64,000 bases of DNA from a virus (lineage: Duplodnaviria > Caudoviricetes), in IMG/VR virus record IMGVR_UViG_642973576_000001, positions 4,953 to 68,952 of that record. One strand, 5' to 3'. Position numbers and translations under genes: made by a program. Positions 18,808 through 29,604 of this stretch are shown piece after piece. The notes beneath the pieces are model-generated. The model made no database searches. It had not been told where the DNA came from and saw nothing but the letters and a program-made list of their open reading frames with translations. Each line of letters opens with the position of its first letter. The stretch's first letter is position 1.

Positions 18808-20306
18808 TCATGAATCTGCTTCCCGGCCAATACCAGATCGGAAATTTGGTGTTGGGCAAGGGAACCAACGTACGGGTCACCGGCTTTGAAATCGACGCCG
18901 ACGAGGTTGCCAATCAGGACTACCAGCGCTCCCGTCAGAGCGAAAAGCAGTTCGGCGTAGACCAATTCGCTCCCGGAACCATCACAATCACGTTCAACGT
19001 GATGAAGAACTACATCCGAGACAACGCCAACAACCCGGCTGGCCTCACGGATGAGATCTTCAAAAACTACATCACCGTCGATCAGCTCAAAAAGCTCTGG
19101 CGTTTCGATGAGGGACGCCAGATCTGGGGCGAGATGATGACGATTTACGTCTGCGGTTCGGACGGAATCACCCGTGCGATCTACGGTCGTCCGGGTAAGT
19201 TTGCCTACGAGCGCCGTCCGCACGATTACGCCGGGTGGATCGAATGCACCGCCGAGTGGCGCAAGCACGATACGCTGGCCTACACCGCGCAAGAGTCGGT
19301 GGTCGAAATGACAATGGGCGAGGACGCATCGATGCTGACTCGTCAACTGGGAGATTGCGATTCGTGGTTCCGGATCGTCGCCGAAGGGCCGATGGACCAT
19401 CCGGTGTTCACCGTGGGCGAAGAGCAGATCGAACTCGACTACAACATCCCGGCTGGCGAAATCGTAGAGATTAGCTCGTACCCGCATTCGCGTCGGATCA
19501 TCACCAACAAGCGGGTCAACCTGATCAATAAGATGATCGGCAAGACGAATTATCTTGACCGGCTGATCATCCCCGCCGACAGGGAGATTCCGATCCGCTG
19601 GACCAGCAACGAGGTTAACACCTTCGTTCCGGCGCTGGGGAATTCCTCTTGGATCGAGGATATTTCGGACCTGAACGTCTTCAACCTGCCGTCCACATTC
19701 CGCAACATCGGTGGCCGGGTGGTCGTGCGGCTGGACATCTTCAACCCGCGCGGACCCCGAAAGTTCTTGGGCTCAGGCATGATTGGGACTACCTCGGCCT
19801 GCATCTACACCGAGAAGACCTTCGCGACGGTTCAGCAGTACGCGCAGGCGAAAATCGTAGAGCCGTGGGGAGGTCGAAGCGGCATCGTGATCATGTCCGA
19901 CGAGGACATGACGAATTACGTTGTGCTAGAAGTGGTTGCGGGTCCGTTCAACGACAAGCTGCGAATCCGGACGGGAACTGCGTACGACGAATACTCCGAA
20001 ATTCTGGACGAGTGGGACAAGCCGACGAGCTGGCGTGAAACCGATATCGTGGGAATCGGATACGACGAAGAGACCAACACCTTCAACGGCTACTTCAACG
20101 GCGATATCGTTGTGTCGTGGGAAGACGAAGACAACGTGGTGGATAAGGACAACCGCCATTCCGGCATGATCTTCGACATGAGCGGCGGATTGCTTTCTAT
20201 CGGAACGGGTTTCGCCGACTTCATGGGCTATGACAAGGCAACGGTTCCCGCTGAAACCGGCAAGGCGTACCTGCTTTGGCGCGATGCGTGGAGCACGATC
20301 CGATGA
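18804..20306 (+). CDS. minor tail protein (distal tail-like)
   Basis: Immediately follows tape measure with ATGA overlap; C-terminal WRDAW. Confidence 0.8.
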   Translation: MIMNLLPGQYQIGNLVLGKGTNVRVTGFEIDADEVANQDYQRSRQSEKQFGVDQFAPGTITITFNVMKNYIRDNANNPAGLTDEIFKNYITVDQLKKLWRFDEGRQIWGEMMTIYVCGSDGITRAIYGRPGKFAYERRPHDYAGWIECTAEWRKHDTLAYTAQESVVEMTMGEDASMLTRQLGDCDSWFRIVAEGPMDHPVFTVGEEQIELDYNIPAGEIVEISSYPHSRRIITNKRVNLINKMIGKTNYLDRLIIPADREIPIRWTSNEVNTFVPALGNSSWIEDISDLNVFNLPSTFRNIGGRVVVRLDIFNPRGPRKFLGSGMIGTTSACIYTEKTFATVQQYAQAKIVEPWGGRSGIVIMSDEDMTNYVVLEVVAGPFNDKLRIRTGTAYDEYSEILDEWDKPTSWRETDIVGIGYDEETNTFNGYFNGDIVVSWEDEDNVVDKDNRHSGMIFDMSGGLLSIGTGFADFMGYDKATVPAETGKAYLLWRDAWSTIR

Positions 20307-21931
20307 TCACCGACAAGCTGCGCTTCACCATCCTCGAAGCAAACACGAACGAAATCCTGTCACGCGATCTGGTCGTGAAAGAGCCGCAGGTCACCGCACA
20401 ACTCTCTGCGCCATCGATGATCAGCTTCCGCGTCCCGAAGGGCGAGCAGGCCACGAGTTCGGCTGGAATCGAGTGGAAGTCGTGGGGGCAGTGGGTCGTT
20501 GCCGAGATGGAGATCGATTACGAGCGCGAAATCGTGGCGTGTTGCATCACTCGTGACTGCAAGATAGACCCCGGCACCGGTGACATGGTGGTCGAAGCTG
20601 TCGGTTTCAGCGACTATCCTCGTGGCATTCCATGGCTGGAAAACTGGAACGACATCGCCGTCGATCCGTTCGAAATCGTCCAGCGGATCTGGAACCACTT
20701 GCAGTCCTACTCGAATGCCAATCTCGGCGTTGAGGTTTACCCGGCGAGCAGCGGAACGCAGATGCTCCCCGGCTATGGCTACGACGGGTCGATTCTGATC
20801 TTCGACTTCTTCGCACTGTTCGTCCGCGCCATCGATTTCCCGGACGCTGGAGACTACATCACCGGCCTGTCGCGAGATATTCCGTTCGACTACTTCGAAG
20901 AGGCGACGTGGAACGAAGACCGGACAGAGGTTATCAAAAAGATCCGGCTGGCCTATCCCTCCGGTGGCGTTCGACAAGAGCACCTGGCATTCAAGCTGGG
21001 CGACAACGTAATTGAGGCCGAACTCGCCGAAGAAAAAGACATCGAGTGGACTTCAGATGTCCTGATTCGTGGATGGTTCCCCGGAAAAGTCTACTCTTCC
21101 CGCTTGAGTAACGCGGAGCCTGATCGGTTGCGGCGCACCGTGATCGAAGAGGACGCTAAGATCGATTCGACCGAGCGCGCTGCCGCGTGGGCAAAGCGGA
21201 AGCTGACTCGTCGTCAGGTGCCGAAATACTGGCAGACGGTCATTGTCGATCCGAACCATTCTCACGCGCCGTTCGGGTCACACCAGCTTGGCGACTCCCT
21301 TTGGATCACCGGCGATTACCCGTGGATCGGCGAAGTTGCGTACTGGCACCGATTCCTTGGTTGGAGCTATGACGAGGCCAAGGGCATCATGCAGTACAAG
21401 ACGAAAGCTGAAGGTGCTTTTGACTACGATCCCATCGAATATAACCCGAATCCGGGAGAAATCGAAGACCACAATCTTCTGTCGAACGGCTACTTCGACC
21501 GCAACCTGGCGGGTTGGATCGCTCGGCGCGGCACGTGGATTCGCGTTGCTTCGATGGGATACGACACCGATGGTTGTGTGCGCGTTCAGCACAACGACAG
21601 CGGCGAATCTTTTGAGTCTCACAAGATTTCGTGCCAAGCCGGGGAAACCTTCAACTTCCGGGGAGCGGTTCGCTACGAGAACGTCACCACGTCAGAGGAC
21701 GGCATCGGCTTCTCGCTGAAGATCAATCACTACCAGGACGGCGGTCTGGTGAGTTCGCACATCGCCGCAGCAGTGAGCAATCCATCGGGCGACCGTACGT
21801 GGGTTCCTTTGTCCCAAAATGGGTGGGTCGTTCCCGAAGGTGTGAACGATATCTCTGTAGTCTTGACGGTGGACGCGAGAGTGACGGGTGGCTACTCGAT
21901 GTGGGACGACATTAAGGTGTTGAGGGTCTAA
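20303..21931 (+). CDS. minor tail protein (hub-like) with C-terminal carbohydrate-binding-like domain
   Basis: Synteny; NLLSNGYFD..L.GW ... WDDIKV pattern of galactose-binding-like folds. Confidence 0.8.
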   Translation: MITDKLRFTILEANTNEILSRDLVVKEPQVTAQLSAPSMISFRVPKGEQATSSAGIEWKSWGQWVVAEMEIDYEREIVACCITRDCKIDPGTGDMVVEAVGFSDYPRGIPWLENWNDIAVDPFEIVQRIWNHLQSYSNANLGVEVYPASSGTQMLPGYGYDGSILIFDFFALFVRAIDFPDAGDYITGLSRDIPFDYFEEATWNEDRTEVIKKIRLAYPSGGVRQEHLAFKLGDNVIEAELAEEKDIEWTSDVLIRGWFPGKVYSSRLSNAEPDRLRRTVIEEDAKIDSTERAAAWAKRKLTRRQVPKYWQTVIVDPNHSHAPFGSHQLGDSLWITGDYPWIGEVAYWHRFLGWSYDEAKGIMQYKTKAEGAFDYDPIEYNPNPGEIEDHNLLSNGYFDRNLAGWIARRGTWIRVASMGYDTDGCVRVQHNDSGESFESHKISCQAGETFNFRGAVRYENVTTSEDGIGFSLKINHYQDGGLVSSHIAAAVSNPSGDRTWVPLSQNGWVVPEGVNDISVVLTVDARVTGGYSMWDDIKVLRV

Positions 21932-24774
21932 TGGCTCAAAGTGGGTACGGCTCTTACCAATACGAGTCCCCGGAATCTAGGGCACTCGGTTCGATCACCG
22001 CTGAGAGCTATGACAAGGATCAGGCGAAAAACCTGATCAAGCTCAACAACGATGTTTCCTACATGGCCGCGTACATGCGGAAGATGCAAAAAGGCATCGA
22101 TGAGGCCAACCAGAACTTCATTCAGCAGATCCAATCGTTCATCAACGATATCGTGGTTCTGCTCGGGGGCGGCACTGCGCAGGGTTTCGATTTTGGAGAC
22201 CTGAAGTACATCCTTCAAATGATCGGCGCGCTATTCGGTTTGGGAGACGCAAATTTCCCGCTGAGCTCGTTTGAAGCCGTTTGGCACATGCTTTCGACCT
22301 ACATCTTCCCGACGGCGCAGTTCGCCGACGTGATCAACGCACTGATCGACAGTGTGATCGCCGGTGCTCTGGACCTGCTCGGCGAAGTGCCGATTGTCGG
22401 CGAAGCGGTCGAACAGTTCGCCATGTACATTTCGTTGATCCGGGATTGGATCGGCGGTCTGGACGAATCGTTCGGTGGCCTGATCGATCTTCTCGGCGGT
22501 ATCTTCGGCGGCGTTGACTTCAACGATTTGCCTTCGCCGCAGCAGGTTTGGCAGGGCGTTTTCAACACGTTTCTCAAGCCGCTCTTGAATTTCCTTGAGG
22601 GACTGATCAATCCGCTGACGGGGATGATCTTCCCGTGGAAGCTGCCGCCGATTTCGTTCGGACAGATCACATCGGACAAAACAAACTTTCTCCCCCTCGG
22701 CTCGTTTCCAGAGGGATCAATTCCGGACGATCCCGACTGGCTTCTCAACCTGCTCTATCCGCGCACACAGGACGGCACGGGAGCCGCAGAAGTTGTCTGC
22801 GACGGCACACGCAAGGCGTTGCGCTCCGGTGAGACTCCCGACGACATTGTGCCGGTCACCGGGGGCCAGCAGTTCACCGTCGAATGCTATGTGGCGTACG
22901 AGGATTTCGTCGGAACCGGAGACCCGATCCGGCTTGAAGTCGTACCGTTTATCGGCACCGAACGTCAAAACATCATTCTCATCGACAAGTACGAACCTGC
23001 GACACCCACGCTGGACTGGCCGGGACACCGGATGGGCGGCGAATACACTGTGCCGGAAGGCGTCACCGGCATTCAAACGAGAATTTACATTACTGAAGAT
23101 GCACTAGAGGGCACGCTTTGGTTCGATGACGTGACGTTCGGGTCGTCCGGAAAATTCCATATCGATTGGGTGGACGGACTGCCCGAAGAGTTGCAGGCGA
23201 TTTTTAGCCGATGGCAGCTCACCATCGATACTATCGTCAACTCGATTCGAAACACCAACATCTTCGGTTTCGAACTCAGCGACATCGCCGAAGCGCTTAA
23301 AAGCATTCCGGCACTGAACATTCTAGGCGTGCTCGGGCCGGGCAGCATCGCCGAAACCATCGAGCGGATGATCAATCAGATTGTCGGCGGTTTCGTCGGA
23401 ACACCCGGAACCGGCGCATCTCTGACTGATTTGTTCAACTTCGCAAAACAGATCAGTTCGTGGGCAAGCCAGGGACGGTTCGCGTGGGAACTGCTCGGCA
23501 AACGCGATAACACGCCTGTCGATACCGGCCTTTTGCCGTCGAGCACGTCGAACTACAAAATCAACTACATCAACACAACTCTACCTTGTACTCAATCGGA
23601 GTCGCGGATTGCGGCGTTCCGCATCGAAGAGTCCGCGCCACTGGGCGTTATCTCGTGGCTGGGCTATGGGTCTTCCGGAATCACGGCATTTTACGTCAAC
23701 ATCTGGAAGATCAACAAAAACACCGACGTTCGACATCTCGTCCACCACTCCGGAGACGTGAAGTCGATTCTGCATCCGGGCACAACTGACGCTGATATCG
23801 GCTGGAATTTCTATTTCCTGCCGGAGGGATTCCCGCGCTACGCCGAAGACGAGCTTTTCTACGAACTCGTCCCTGTCGGCGGCACCCACTACGTCCGAGG
23901 AATCGATACCGCAGACAAGATCCCGGACCACCCGTACGCCAGCACGAAAGGTCTTGGCGCAACACGGAACAACACCGACCCGGCAAACCCGCCAGAGACA
24001 ATCTCGCGGTCGGCGTGGACGACTTCGAGCAAAATCCCGTGGATCGAAACGGCCATCGATGTTGTCAACGGCAACAACCAATACGATCCGGTCATCGTCC
24101 CGTTCGATGACGACGGCAGCGTGCCGGTTCCGTCGTGGGCCAACTACGTGGATCTGATTGCAGTTGGACGGGGTGGTCGCGGTGCAAACGGTGCGACCCT
24201 AAACTTCAACGGTCGCCCCGGAACTCCCGGAAAGATCAGTGCGACAACGCTTATCCGTGAAACACACTTCACCGGGGACGCAACGCTGAACTTCGTCACG
24301 GATTCTGACGGCGCGAAGTTCACGCTTGGTGCAAACGAACTGATTGCGCAGAACGGCGAAAACGGAAGCGGCCAGGTCTTCAACGGCAGCATGACTGGTC
24401 GGGGGCCGACTCCGCGTCCGTTCGTGTACCGCGAAGAGATTTACGACATGGGTGAAGACCAAAAAGTCGCCGGAGGGCGCGGGGCCAACCCCGGTGGCGC
24501 TGGCGCAGGCGGTCGTGGCCTGATCCTGCCGGAGTCCGGAGGCGCTGGCGGGTCTGCCGCAGGTTGGGTGAAATTCCGGCAGAGTCCTGTTGAGGATGAA
24601 GGCGATATCTTTGATACCATTGCCCCGAGTGCCCCGGACATTACGGTGCTCAGCAGGAGTTACAGCTCCATCGAGATTGAGGTTGATTCGCCGGAGGCGG
24701 ATGTCGCCGGTTACGACTTCTATCTTGACGGGGTGAAGATCAACGACTTGCTGGTGCCGGAAGAGGATGAATAA
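21931..24774 (+). CDS. minor tail protein
   Basis: 947 aa; Gly-rich C-terminal region; ends in half of an FN3 domain. Confidence 0.85.
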   Translation: MAQSGYGSYQYESPESRALGSITAESYDKDQAKNLIKLNNDVSYMAAYMRKMQKGIDEANQNFIQQIQSFINDIVVLLGGGTAQGFDFGDLKYILQMIGALFGLGDANFPLSSFEAVWHMLSTYIFPTAQFADVINALIDSVIAGALDLLGEVPIVGEAVEQFAMYISLIRDWIGGLDESFGGLIDLLGGIFGGVDFNDLPSPQQVWQGVFNTFLKPLLNFLEGLINPLTGMIFPWKLPPISFGQITSDKTNFLPLGSFPEGSIPDDPDWLLNLLYPRTQDGTGAAEVVCDGTRKALRSGETPDDIVPVTGGQQFTVECYVAYEDFVGTGDPIRLEVVPFIGTERQNIILIDKYEPATPTLDWPGHRMGGEYTVPEGVTGIQTRIYITEDALEGTLWFDDVTFGSSGKFHIDWVDGLPEELQAIFSRWQLTIDTIVNSIRNTNIFGFELSDIAEALKSIPALNILGVLGPGSIAETIERMINQIVGGFVGTPGTGASLTDLFNFAKQISSWASQGRFAWELLGKRDNTPVDTGLLPSSTSNYKINYINTTLPCTQSESRIAAFRIEESAPLGVISWLGYGSSGITAFYVNIWKINKNTDVRHLVHHSGDVKSILHPGTTDADIGWNFYFLPEGFPRYAEDELFYELVPVGGTHYVRGIDTADKIPDHPYASTKGLGATRNNTDPANPPETISRSAWTTSSKIPWIETAIDVVNGNNQYDPVIVPFDDDGSVPVPSWANYVDLIAVGRGGRGANGATLNFNGRPGTPGKISATTLIRETHFTGDATLNFVTDSDGAKFTLGANELIAQNGENGSGQVFNGSMTGRGPTPRPFVYREEIYDMGEDQKVAGGRGANPGGAGAGGRGLILPESGGAGGSAAGWVKFRQSPVEDEGDIFDTIAPSAPDITVLSRSYSSIEIEVDSPEADVAGYDFYLDGVKINDLLVPEEDE

Positions 24775-25982
24775 TGCCAGCTCGCTTTAGATTTGACGGT
24801 TTGCCGTCAAACACGGAATTCACGATCACTTCGCGTGCAGTGGATCGCACTGGCAACACCAGCGAATTTTCCGAAGATGTTATCGAGTCCACGCTTGAGC
24901 ATACAGCCGGTGATCCGCTGATTCCGGAACACGAAGAGGGCGTGGACAATATCGTCTTCAACTCTATGTCGCAGTCGGGCCAACCCGGCGTAATTGTAGG
25001 AATCTCCGGGAACAAGGGGCGGCTGCTCAAAGCCTATGGAAAGCAGGCGTCCACAGGCCGTAATCTGACGATTGACGATCACTACCGCATCGCTTCGAGC
25101 ACAAAGCTTTTCGTCCAAATGGCGTTTTGGATGAAATGGGACGAGGGGTTGCTTGATCTCGATGACACGCTAGACACATACGTCTCCGGAGTCCCAAACG
25201 GGGGCACCATCACCTTGCGCGATATGATGCAGATGCGTTCCGGCATCGCAGATTACGCACAGAACGCTCTTGTGATGATCATCTTCACCCTGTTCCCGAC
25301 ATGGGGATGGACGGACACCGAAAAGGACGCAATCGGATTCATTCGCGGAACTCCGATGTTCGCTCCGCGTACGAAGTATCACTACACGAACGGCAATACC
25401 GTTCTGCTCGGCATGTGCATCCGAGCCGTTGACCCCGGAAATCGTCACATCAAGACGATCATCAAAGAGGACATCATTGATCCGCTGGGCTTGAGCGAAA
25501 CGTCCTGGCCGAAAGATGCGGTGATTCCACTTCCGCGCGCTGGCGACGCGAAGGTCAACCCGGAATTGTTCGGCGCGGGCGGGGCGATGGTGTCCACCGT
25601 AACCGACATGGTGAAATTCGGTGAAGAGCTGCGAGACCATACGCTGATTTCTAACGAAGCGTGGGAAACATGGATCGATCTCGAAAACTACTGGGGCTAC
25701 AACGGATCGATCCCAAACCCTCCCCCTCGTCAGTTTGGCTACGGCCTTTTCATGGAAGCCACTGGAACCTGGCGAGGACACAACGGCATCATCGATAACT
25801 GGGTTCATCAGGTCGGTTTCGACACCGTATCCGGTGGTGTGATTGTGGTTTCGGAAAACAAGCTCGCAAGCACTCCCGTTGTCGCCCCGGCATATACCGT
25901 GATTTTCCCGAATATCGCCAAGCTGCTTTGGCCCGGATCGATGGACGAACAGGTTATTCCGCAACCTCCGGAGGCACCATGA
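24774..25982 (+). CDS. minor tail protein, D-Ala-D-Ala carboxypeptidase / beta-lactamase-fold serine hydrolase
   Basis: SxxK (RIASSTK), YxN (YHYTN), GHNG motifs; IIDPLGLSET. Confidence 0.9.
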   Translation: MPARFRFDGLPSNTEFTITSRAVDRTGNTSEFSEDVIESTLEHTAGDPLIPEHEEGVDNIVFNSMSQSGQPGVIVGISGNKGRLLKAYGKQASTGRNLTIDDHYRIASSTKLFVQMAFWMKWDEGLLDLDDTLDTYVSGVPNGGTITLRDMMQMRSGIADYAQNALVMIIFTLFPTWGWTDTEKDAIGFIRGTPMFAPRTKYHYTNGNTVLLGMCIRAVDPGNRHIKTIIKEDIIDPLGLSETSWPKDAVIPLPRAGDAKVNPELFGAGGAMVSTVTDMVKFGEELRDHTLISNEAWETWIDLENYWGYNGSIPNPPPRQFGYGLFMEATGTWRGHNGIIDNWVHQVGFDTVSGGVIVVSENKLASTPVVAPAYTVIFPNIAKLLWPGSMDEQVIPQPPEAP

Positions 25983-26947
25983 CGACCGGCTGGTGGGCAG
26001 AGAGATTTGTTGAGCTGGAAGGAATTCCCAGCGCAGAAGCATTCGGCAACATGGGCCTCGGAGCTGGTGCAGTTGATTTGTCGCTCGCCGGTATTCCCAG
26101 CGCGGAAGCCTTTGGCAACATGAACGTTATCGGGCCTCCGCAAGACATTTCGATGGTCGGCATTCCCAGCGCAGAGGCGTTCGGCGGCAGCGAAGTTCGT
26201 CCCGGTGCAGCGAACGTCAGCCTTTTCGGCAAGGCCAGCGATCAGGCGTTCGGCAATCTTACGGTTACGCGCGGACCGGTGAGCGTCGGCCTTTCTAGTA
26301 TCCCCAGTCAGGAAGCGTTTGGCACCATGAGTGTCGGCTATCCTATTTCGTACGACAATTCAAGCGCGGTTGGAACAAGCCGTGTCGAATCTGGCGCTTT
26401 CACCATTGGTGCAGATGCAAAAATCCTTCTCTATTGGATTTCTTGCCAAACGGGAAGCTCGACAACGGATTTGGACACCACAACGGCGTCAATCGACGGA
26501 CAAACGATGGATCGACTTCCGATTCTCGTTCACAGTTCGAATACCAGCTTCAAGCTCGTATGCTTCTACAAACTCAACCCGCCAAGCGGGACGAACAAAA
26601 AGATCGTCATGACGAACTTCCCGGCAGCGGCGTGCTACTACGCAACTGGCGCTTCGACGTACAAGAACGTCACGGCAATTGGGACACCGGTGTCTGCGCA
26701 AGGGAATAGCATATCCCCAACCGTGATAGCCGCTTCAGCCCCGAACCGGATGGTTGCGAATGCGTTCATGTACTCCGGCGCTTATTCGGCGTACAACCAG
26801 ACACGACGCGGATTCAAAAATACCGCAGCATTTGTCAACCAAGGTCTAATCTGGGGTGACGCTCCCGGTGCAGCAAGCGTTAATTTCACGCACACAATGT
26901 CCTCTGCCGGTGATTGGATCGGCTACGCAATACCATTGATCGGCTGA
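25979..26947 (+). CDS. minor tail protein with GIPSAEAFG repeats
   Basis: MTTGWWAE start typical of mycobacteriophage minor tails; five ~20-aa repeats. Confidence 0.8.
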   Translation: MTTGWWAERFVELEGIPSAEAFGNMGLGAGAVDLSLAGIPSAEAFGNMNVIGPPQDISMVGIPSAEAFGGSEVRPGAANVSLFGKASDQAFGNLTVTRGPVSVGLSSIPSQEAFGTMSVGYPISYDNSSAVGTSRVESGAFTIGADAKILLYWISCQTGSSTTDLDTTTASIDGQTMDRLPILVHSSNTSFKLVCFYKLNPPSGTNKKIVMTNFPAAACYYATGASTYKNVTAIGTPVSAQGNSISPTVIAASAPNRMVANAFMYSGAYSAYNQTRRGFKNTAAFVNQGLIWGDAPGAASVNFTHTMSSAGDWIGYAIPLIG

Positions 26948-26960
26948 AAGGGAAACTCCA

Positions 26961-27368
26961 ATGGCAAATGCACTCTACGGCAAGGCTCGTCAGAGATTCG
27001 GCAACGGCGAAATCGATTGGGTGGACGACAACGTTCGCGCCGTATTGGTCGATGTCGCCGATTACACCGTCGCGATAGATAGTCACGAATTCCTGTCGGA
27101 CATTCCCTCCGCTGCACAGGTCGCGACAACCGGCAATCTCACCGGCAAAACGAACGTGCTCGGCGTGATGGATTTGGACGATTTCGTGTTCGCATCCGTA
27201 ACCGGCGATCCGTCCGAAGCCATCGTGTTTTTCAAGTGGACGGGTTCAGCGGCCACGTCACCGCTGATCAGCTACCACGACACGGCCACGGGCCTTCCCG
27301 TGACTCCGAACGGCGGCGATGTCAATATCGTGATCGATTCCGGTTCGAACAAGCTGTTCAAACTCTGA
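26961..27368 (+). CDS. small virion structural / minor tail protein
   Basis: RBS GAAAGGG; MANALY...GLPVTPNGGD.....KLFKL, a pattern seen in phage tail-associated proteins. Confidence 0.65.
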   Translation: MANALYGKARQRFGNGEIDWVDDNVRAVLVDVADYTVAIDSHEFLSDIPSAAQVATTGNLTGKTNVLGVMDLDDFVFASVTGDPSEAIVFFKWTGSAATSPLISYHDTATGLPVTPNGGDVNIVIDSGSNKLFKL

Positions 27369-27384
27369 AAAGGACGGACACACA

Positions 27385-27585
27385 ATGCCTTTGAGTGCAG
27401 AGCAAGTCAACGAAGAGCAGCGCAAAGAGGCTGGCCGACAGGCCGCGCGCGCTCACTTGAGCAAGACCGGAAACGTGGAGGCAAAGCCGGTCGGCAATAC
27501 GTCGGCCACCGAATACCCCTATACCTATTGGTATGTCGTGGGGTGGAATGAGGTCGTGGGGGAAAGACCTCGGCCACTGGGCTAG
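27385..27585 (+). CDS. hypothetical protein
   Basis: RBS AAAGGACGGAC; fills the gap before lysin A. Confidence 0.6.
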   Translation: MPLSAEQVNEEQRKEAGRQAARAHLSKTGNVEAKPVGNTSATEYPYTYWYVVGWNEVVGERPRPLG

Positions 27586-27654
27586 CCTCCCCGGATTCCA
27601 CGGGGATCTCCGTTAGACTGTGCCGGTACCTATCCGGATCGCAGGGGGATTCCC

Positions 27655-28620
27655 GTGGCTTTCATCCAGAAACAGGGATACTGGAAATCCGAAAACGGCT
27701 GGCGCATGTGCGATACCGCCGAATTGGACTATACACCAGTTCCCGAAACCAACTTCAAGCTCGGCGTACGCAAGGGCGCACCGAGTGTCATTCTCAAATC
27801 GTTGATCTGGCGTCTGAACCGCATCGAGCCCATGATCGTCAATCAGATCGGTTGCTACACAGACGAAAACTCGATGCGCAACTCGAACCACAATTCTGCG
27901 ACGGCCATCGACTACAACTGGAATTTGCACCAATACCAGAAATGGGGCACCTGGGGCAACAATCGCGCTGCCGTTGACAAGGTGATCGCCGACTTCCGGG
28001 GCATCGTGGAGTTTGGTGGAAACTGGACCTCCCCGCGCGACGAGATGCACTTCGAGCTACATTTCGCCGAAGGCCATCAGGGCACCGAACAGCTCGCGCA
28101 GGAGTTGCGCGACGGTCTGTGGGGAATCTGGAAGGCCGGAACTGCGCCTTCCGATGCACCGTCGAGCGGTGGCGGGTCTTCCGCTGGTGATATTCTGCGG
28201 ATCGGTTCGACCGGCCCAGAAGTGCTCAAGATGCAAAAGGGTATGAACGCCGTTTTCAAGAACTACAAGGCCATGCCCCTGGACGAAGACGGCATTTTCG
28301 GCCCGATGGTTCAAGCCGCCGTAATCGAATTCCAGCAACGGTCGCTGATTTCCGTGGACGGCGAAGTTGGTCCACAGACGAAAGCGAAACTGGCCGAATA
28401 CGGAATCGTCCTCACCGGCCAAACTACGCCAACTTCGCCTCCCGCTCCCGCTGCGTTTGTGTATCCGTCTCACGAAGAGATGGTTAAGCAGTTGTGGGAA
28501 CAGGCGTTCGGTCCGCAGGCGAAAGGCTGGGAATCACTCTTCGGCAAGTCCGTTGACGGAAGTCGCGGCAAATTCACCGTCGAAGCGATTGCCGACATTC
28601 GCAATGTCGCAACTCAGTAG
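27655..28620 (+). CDS. lysA: lysin A (M15-like Zn peptidase plus peptidoglycan-binding domain)
   Basis: SNH.SATAID and DEMHFE Zn-peptidase motifs; LRIGSTG.EV..MQ...DGIFGP PG-binding motif. Confidence 0.85.
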   Translation: MAFIQKQGYWKSENGWRMCDTAELDYTPVPETNFKLGVRKGAPSVILKSLIWRLNRIEPMIVNQIGCYTDENSMRNSNHNSATAIDYNWNLHQYQKWGTWGNNRAAVDKVIADFRGIVEFGGNWTSPRDEMHFELHFAEGHQGTEQLAQELRDGLWGIWKAGTAPSDAPSSGGGSSAGDILRIGSTGPEVLKMQKGMNAVFKNYKAMPLDEDGIFGPMVQAAVIEFQQRSLISVDGEVGPQTKAKLAEYGIVLTGQTTPTSPPAPAAFVYPSHEEMVKQLWEQAFGPQAKGWESLFGKSVDGSRGKFTVEAIADIRNVATQ

Positions 28621-28631
28621 GAGAATCTGAA

Positions 28632-29093
28632 ATGGCAAATGTATTGCAATTTCCGAAACCGAATCCGGTGACTGACACCGTTCCGGCACCGGGATTGACG
28701 CTGACGAATGGAACCGCGCCGGATCTGCGTCAGTTCGTTCACGGACTGGTCATGGTGTGGGTGCCGGTGCTCGCCGTGCTGGGCGTGGCGTCCGAAGAGA
28801 CCATCCTGTATTGGGTCGGCCTGGCGCTCGGTGCCTTCGACGCGCTGGTGTTGGCCTTCCCGAACACTGCGGACAAGCTCCGCGCCGTGACATACGCATT
28901 CGGCGCGCTCGTTCAGGCTGCTTTGATCGCATTCGGCGTTTTGACGGAAACACAAATCACAATCCTGATCGGCGCTGCCGTTTCCTCAGTCGTGAGTTTC
29001 ATCGCATTTCGCTACACACCTTCGGCGGTGATTGAGGCTCCAGCTCCGGAGGGTCGCTTTACGGCGCACACCTTGGGCAAAGACGCAACCTAG
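28632..29093 (+). CDS. holin (putative)
   Basis: Four hydrophobic segments; directly after lysin A. Confidence 0.7.
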   Translation: MANVLQFPKPNPVTDTVPAPGLTLTNGTAPDLRQFVHGLVMVWVPVLAVLGVASEETILYWVGLALGAFDALVLAFPNTADKLRAVTYAFGALVQAALIAFGVLTETQITILIGAAVSSVVSFIAFRYTPSAVIEAPAPEGRFTAHTLGKDAT

Positions 29094-29124
29094 TCCAAGT
29101 CGGAGGGAACGGCGAAGGGTAGTC

Positions 29125-29604
29125 ATGACTTGGCGAGTGGTCTCGCGACGATCAATCCGAAACATTCAGTTCGGATTGCTTTTCATCTCGACCATTTGGG
29201 GACTGGACTACCTTTTGCCGCCCACCGAATCGGGCAAAGTCCTCAATTTCGTAGAAACTCATTCATATTGCCCCCTTAACGTTTGGGGCGGGATCATGGT
29301 TCTCGCCGGAGTGGTTGGAATTATCTGCGAGATACTTCTCGGCAGAAGTGAAAACCGATACTGGCGATTCTGGTTAGGATCGTGGCTTTCTCATGTGTTG
29401 TTCGCCAGCATTTTTATCGCTCTAGCCTGCGGAGCGTTTATCTCCGCTCCCCTCGCAACGGAAGGTTGGGCCGGTTTTCGTACGCCATTCGCTTGGGCAT
29501 TTTTTGCTGTCATGCACACGGCTTACGCGCGTCGGCTTGATAAGCCAGTAGACGTTTCGAACGTCGAGTTTCCCCCGAAGGCCGACAATGTTCGCGGATC
29601 TTGA
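29125..29604 (+). CDS. membrane protein (lysis cassette)
   Basis: Four hydrophobic segments. Confidence 0.7.
   Translation: MTWRVVSRRSIRNIQFGLLFISTIWGLDYLLPPTESGKVLNFVETHSYCPLNVWGGIMVLAGVVGIICEILLGRSENRYWRFWLGSWLSHVLFASIFIALACGAFISAPLATEGWAGFRTPFAWAFFAVMHTAYARRLDKPVDVSNVEFPPKADNVRGS

Noticed and set aside
24774-25982. Antibiotic-resistance beta-lactamase
   Set aside because: Position among minor tail genes fits the known virion D-Ala-D-Ala carboxypeptidase of mycobacteriophages.
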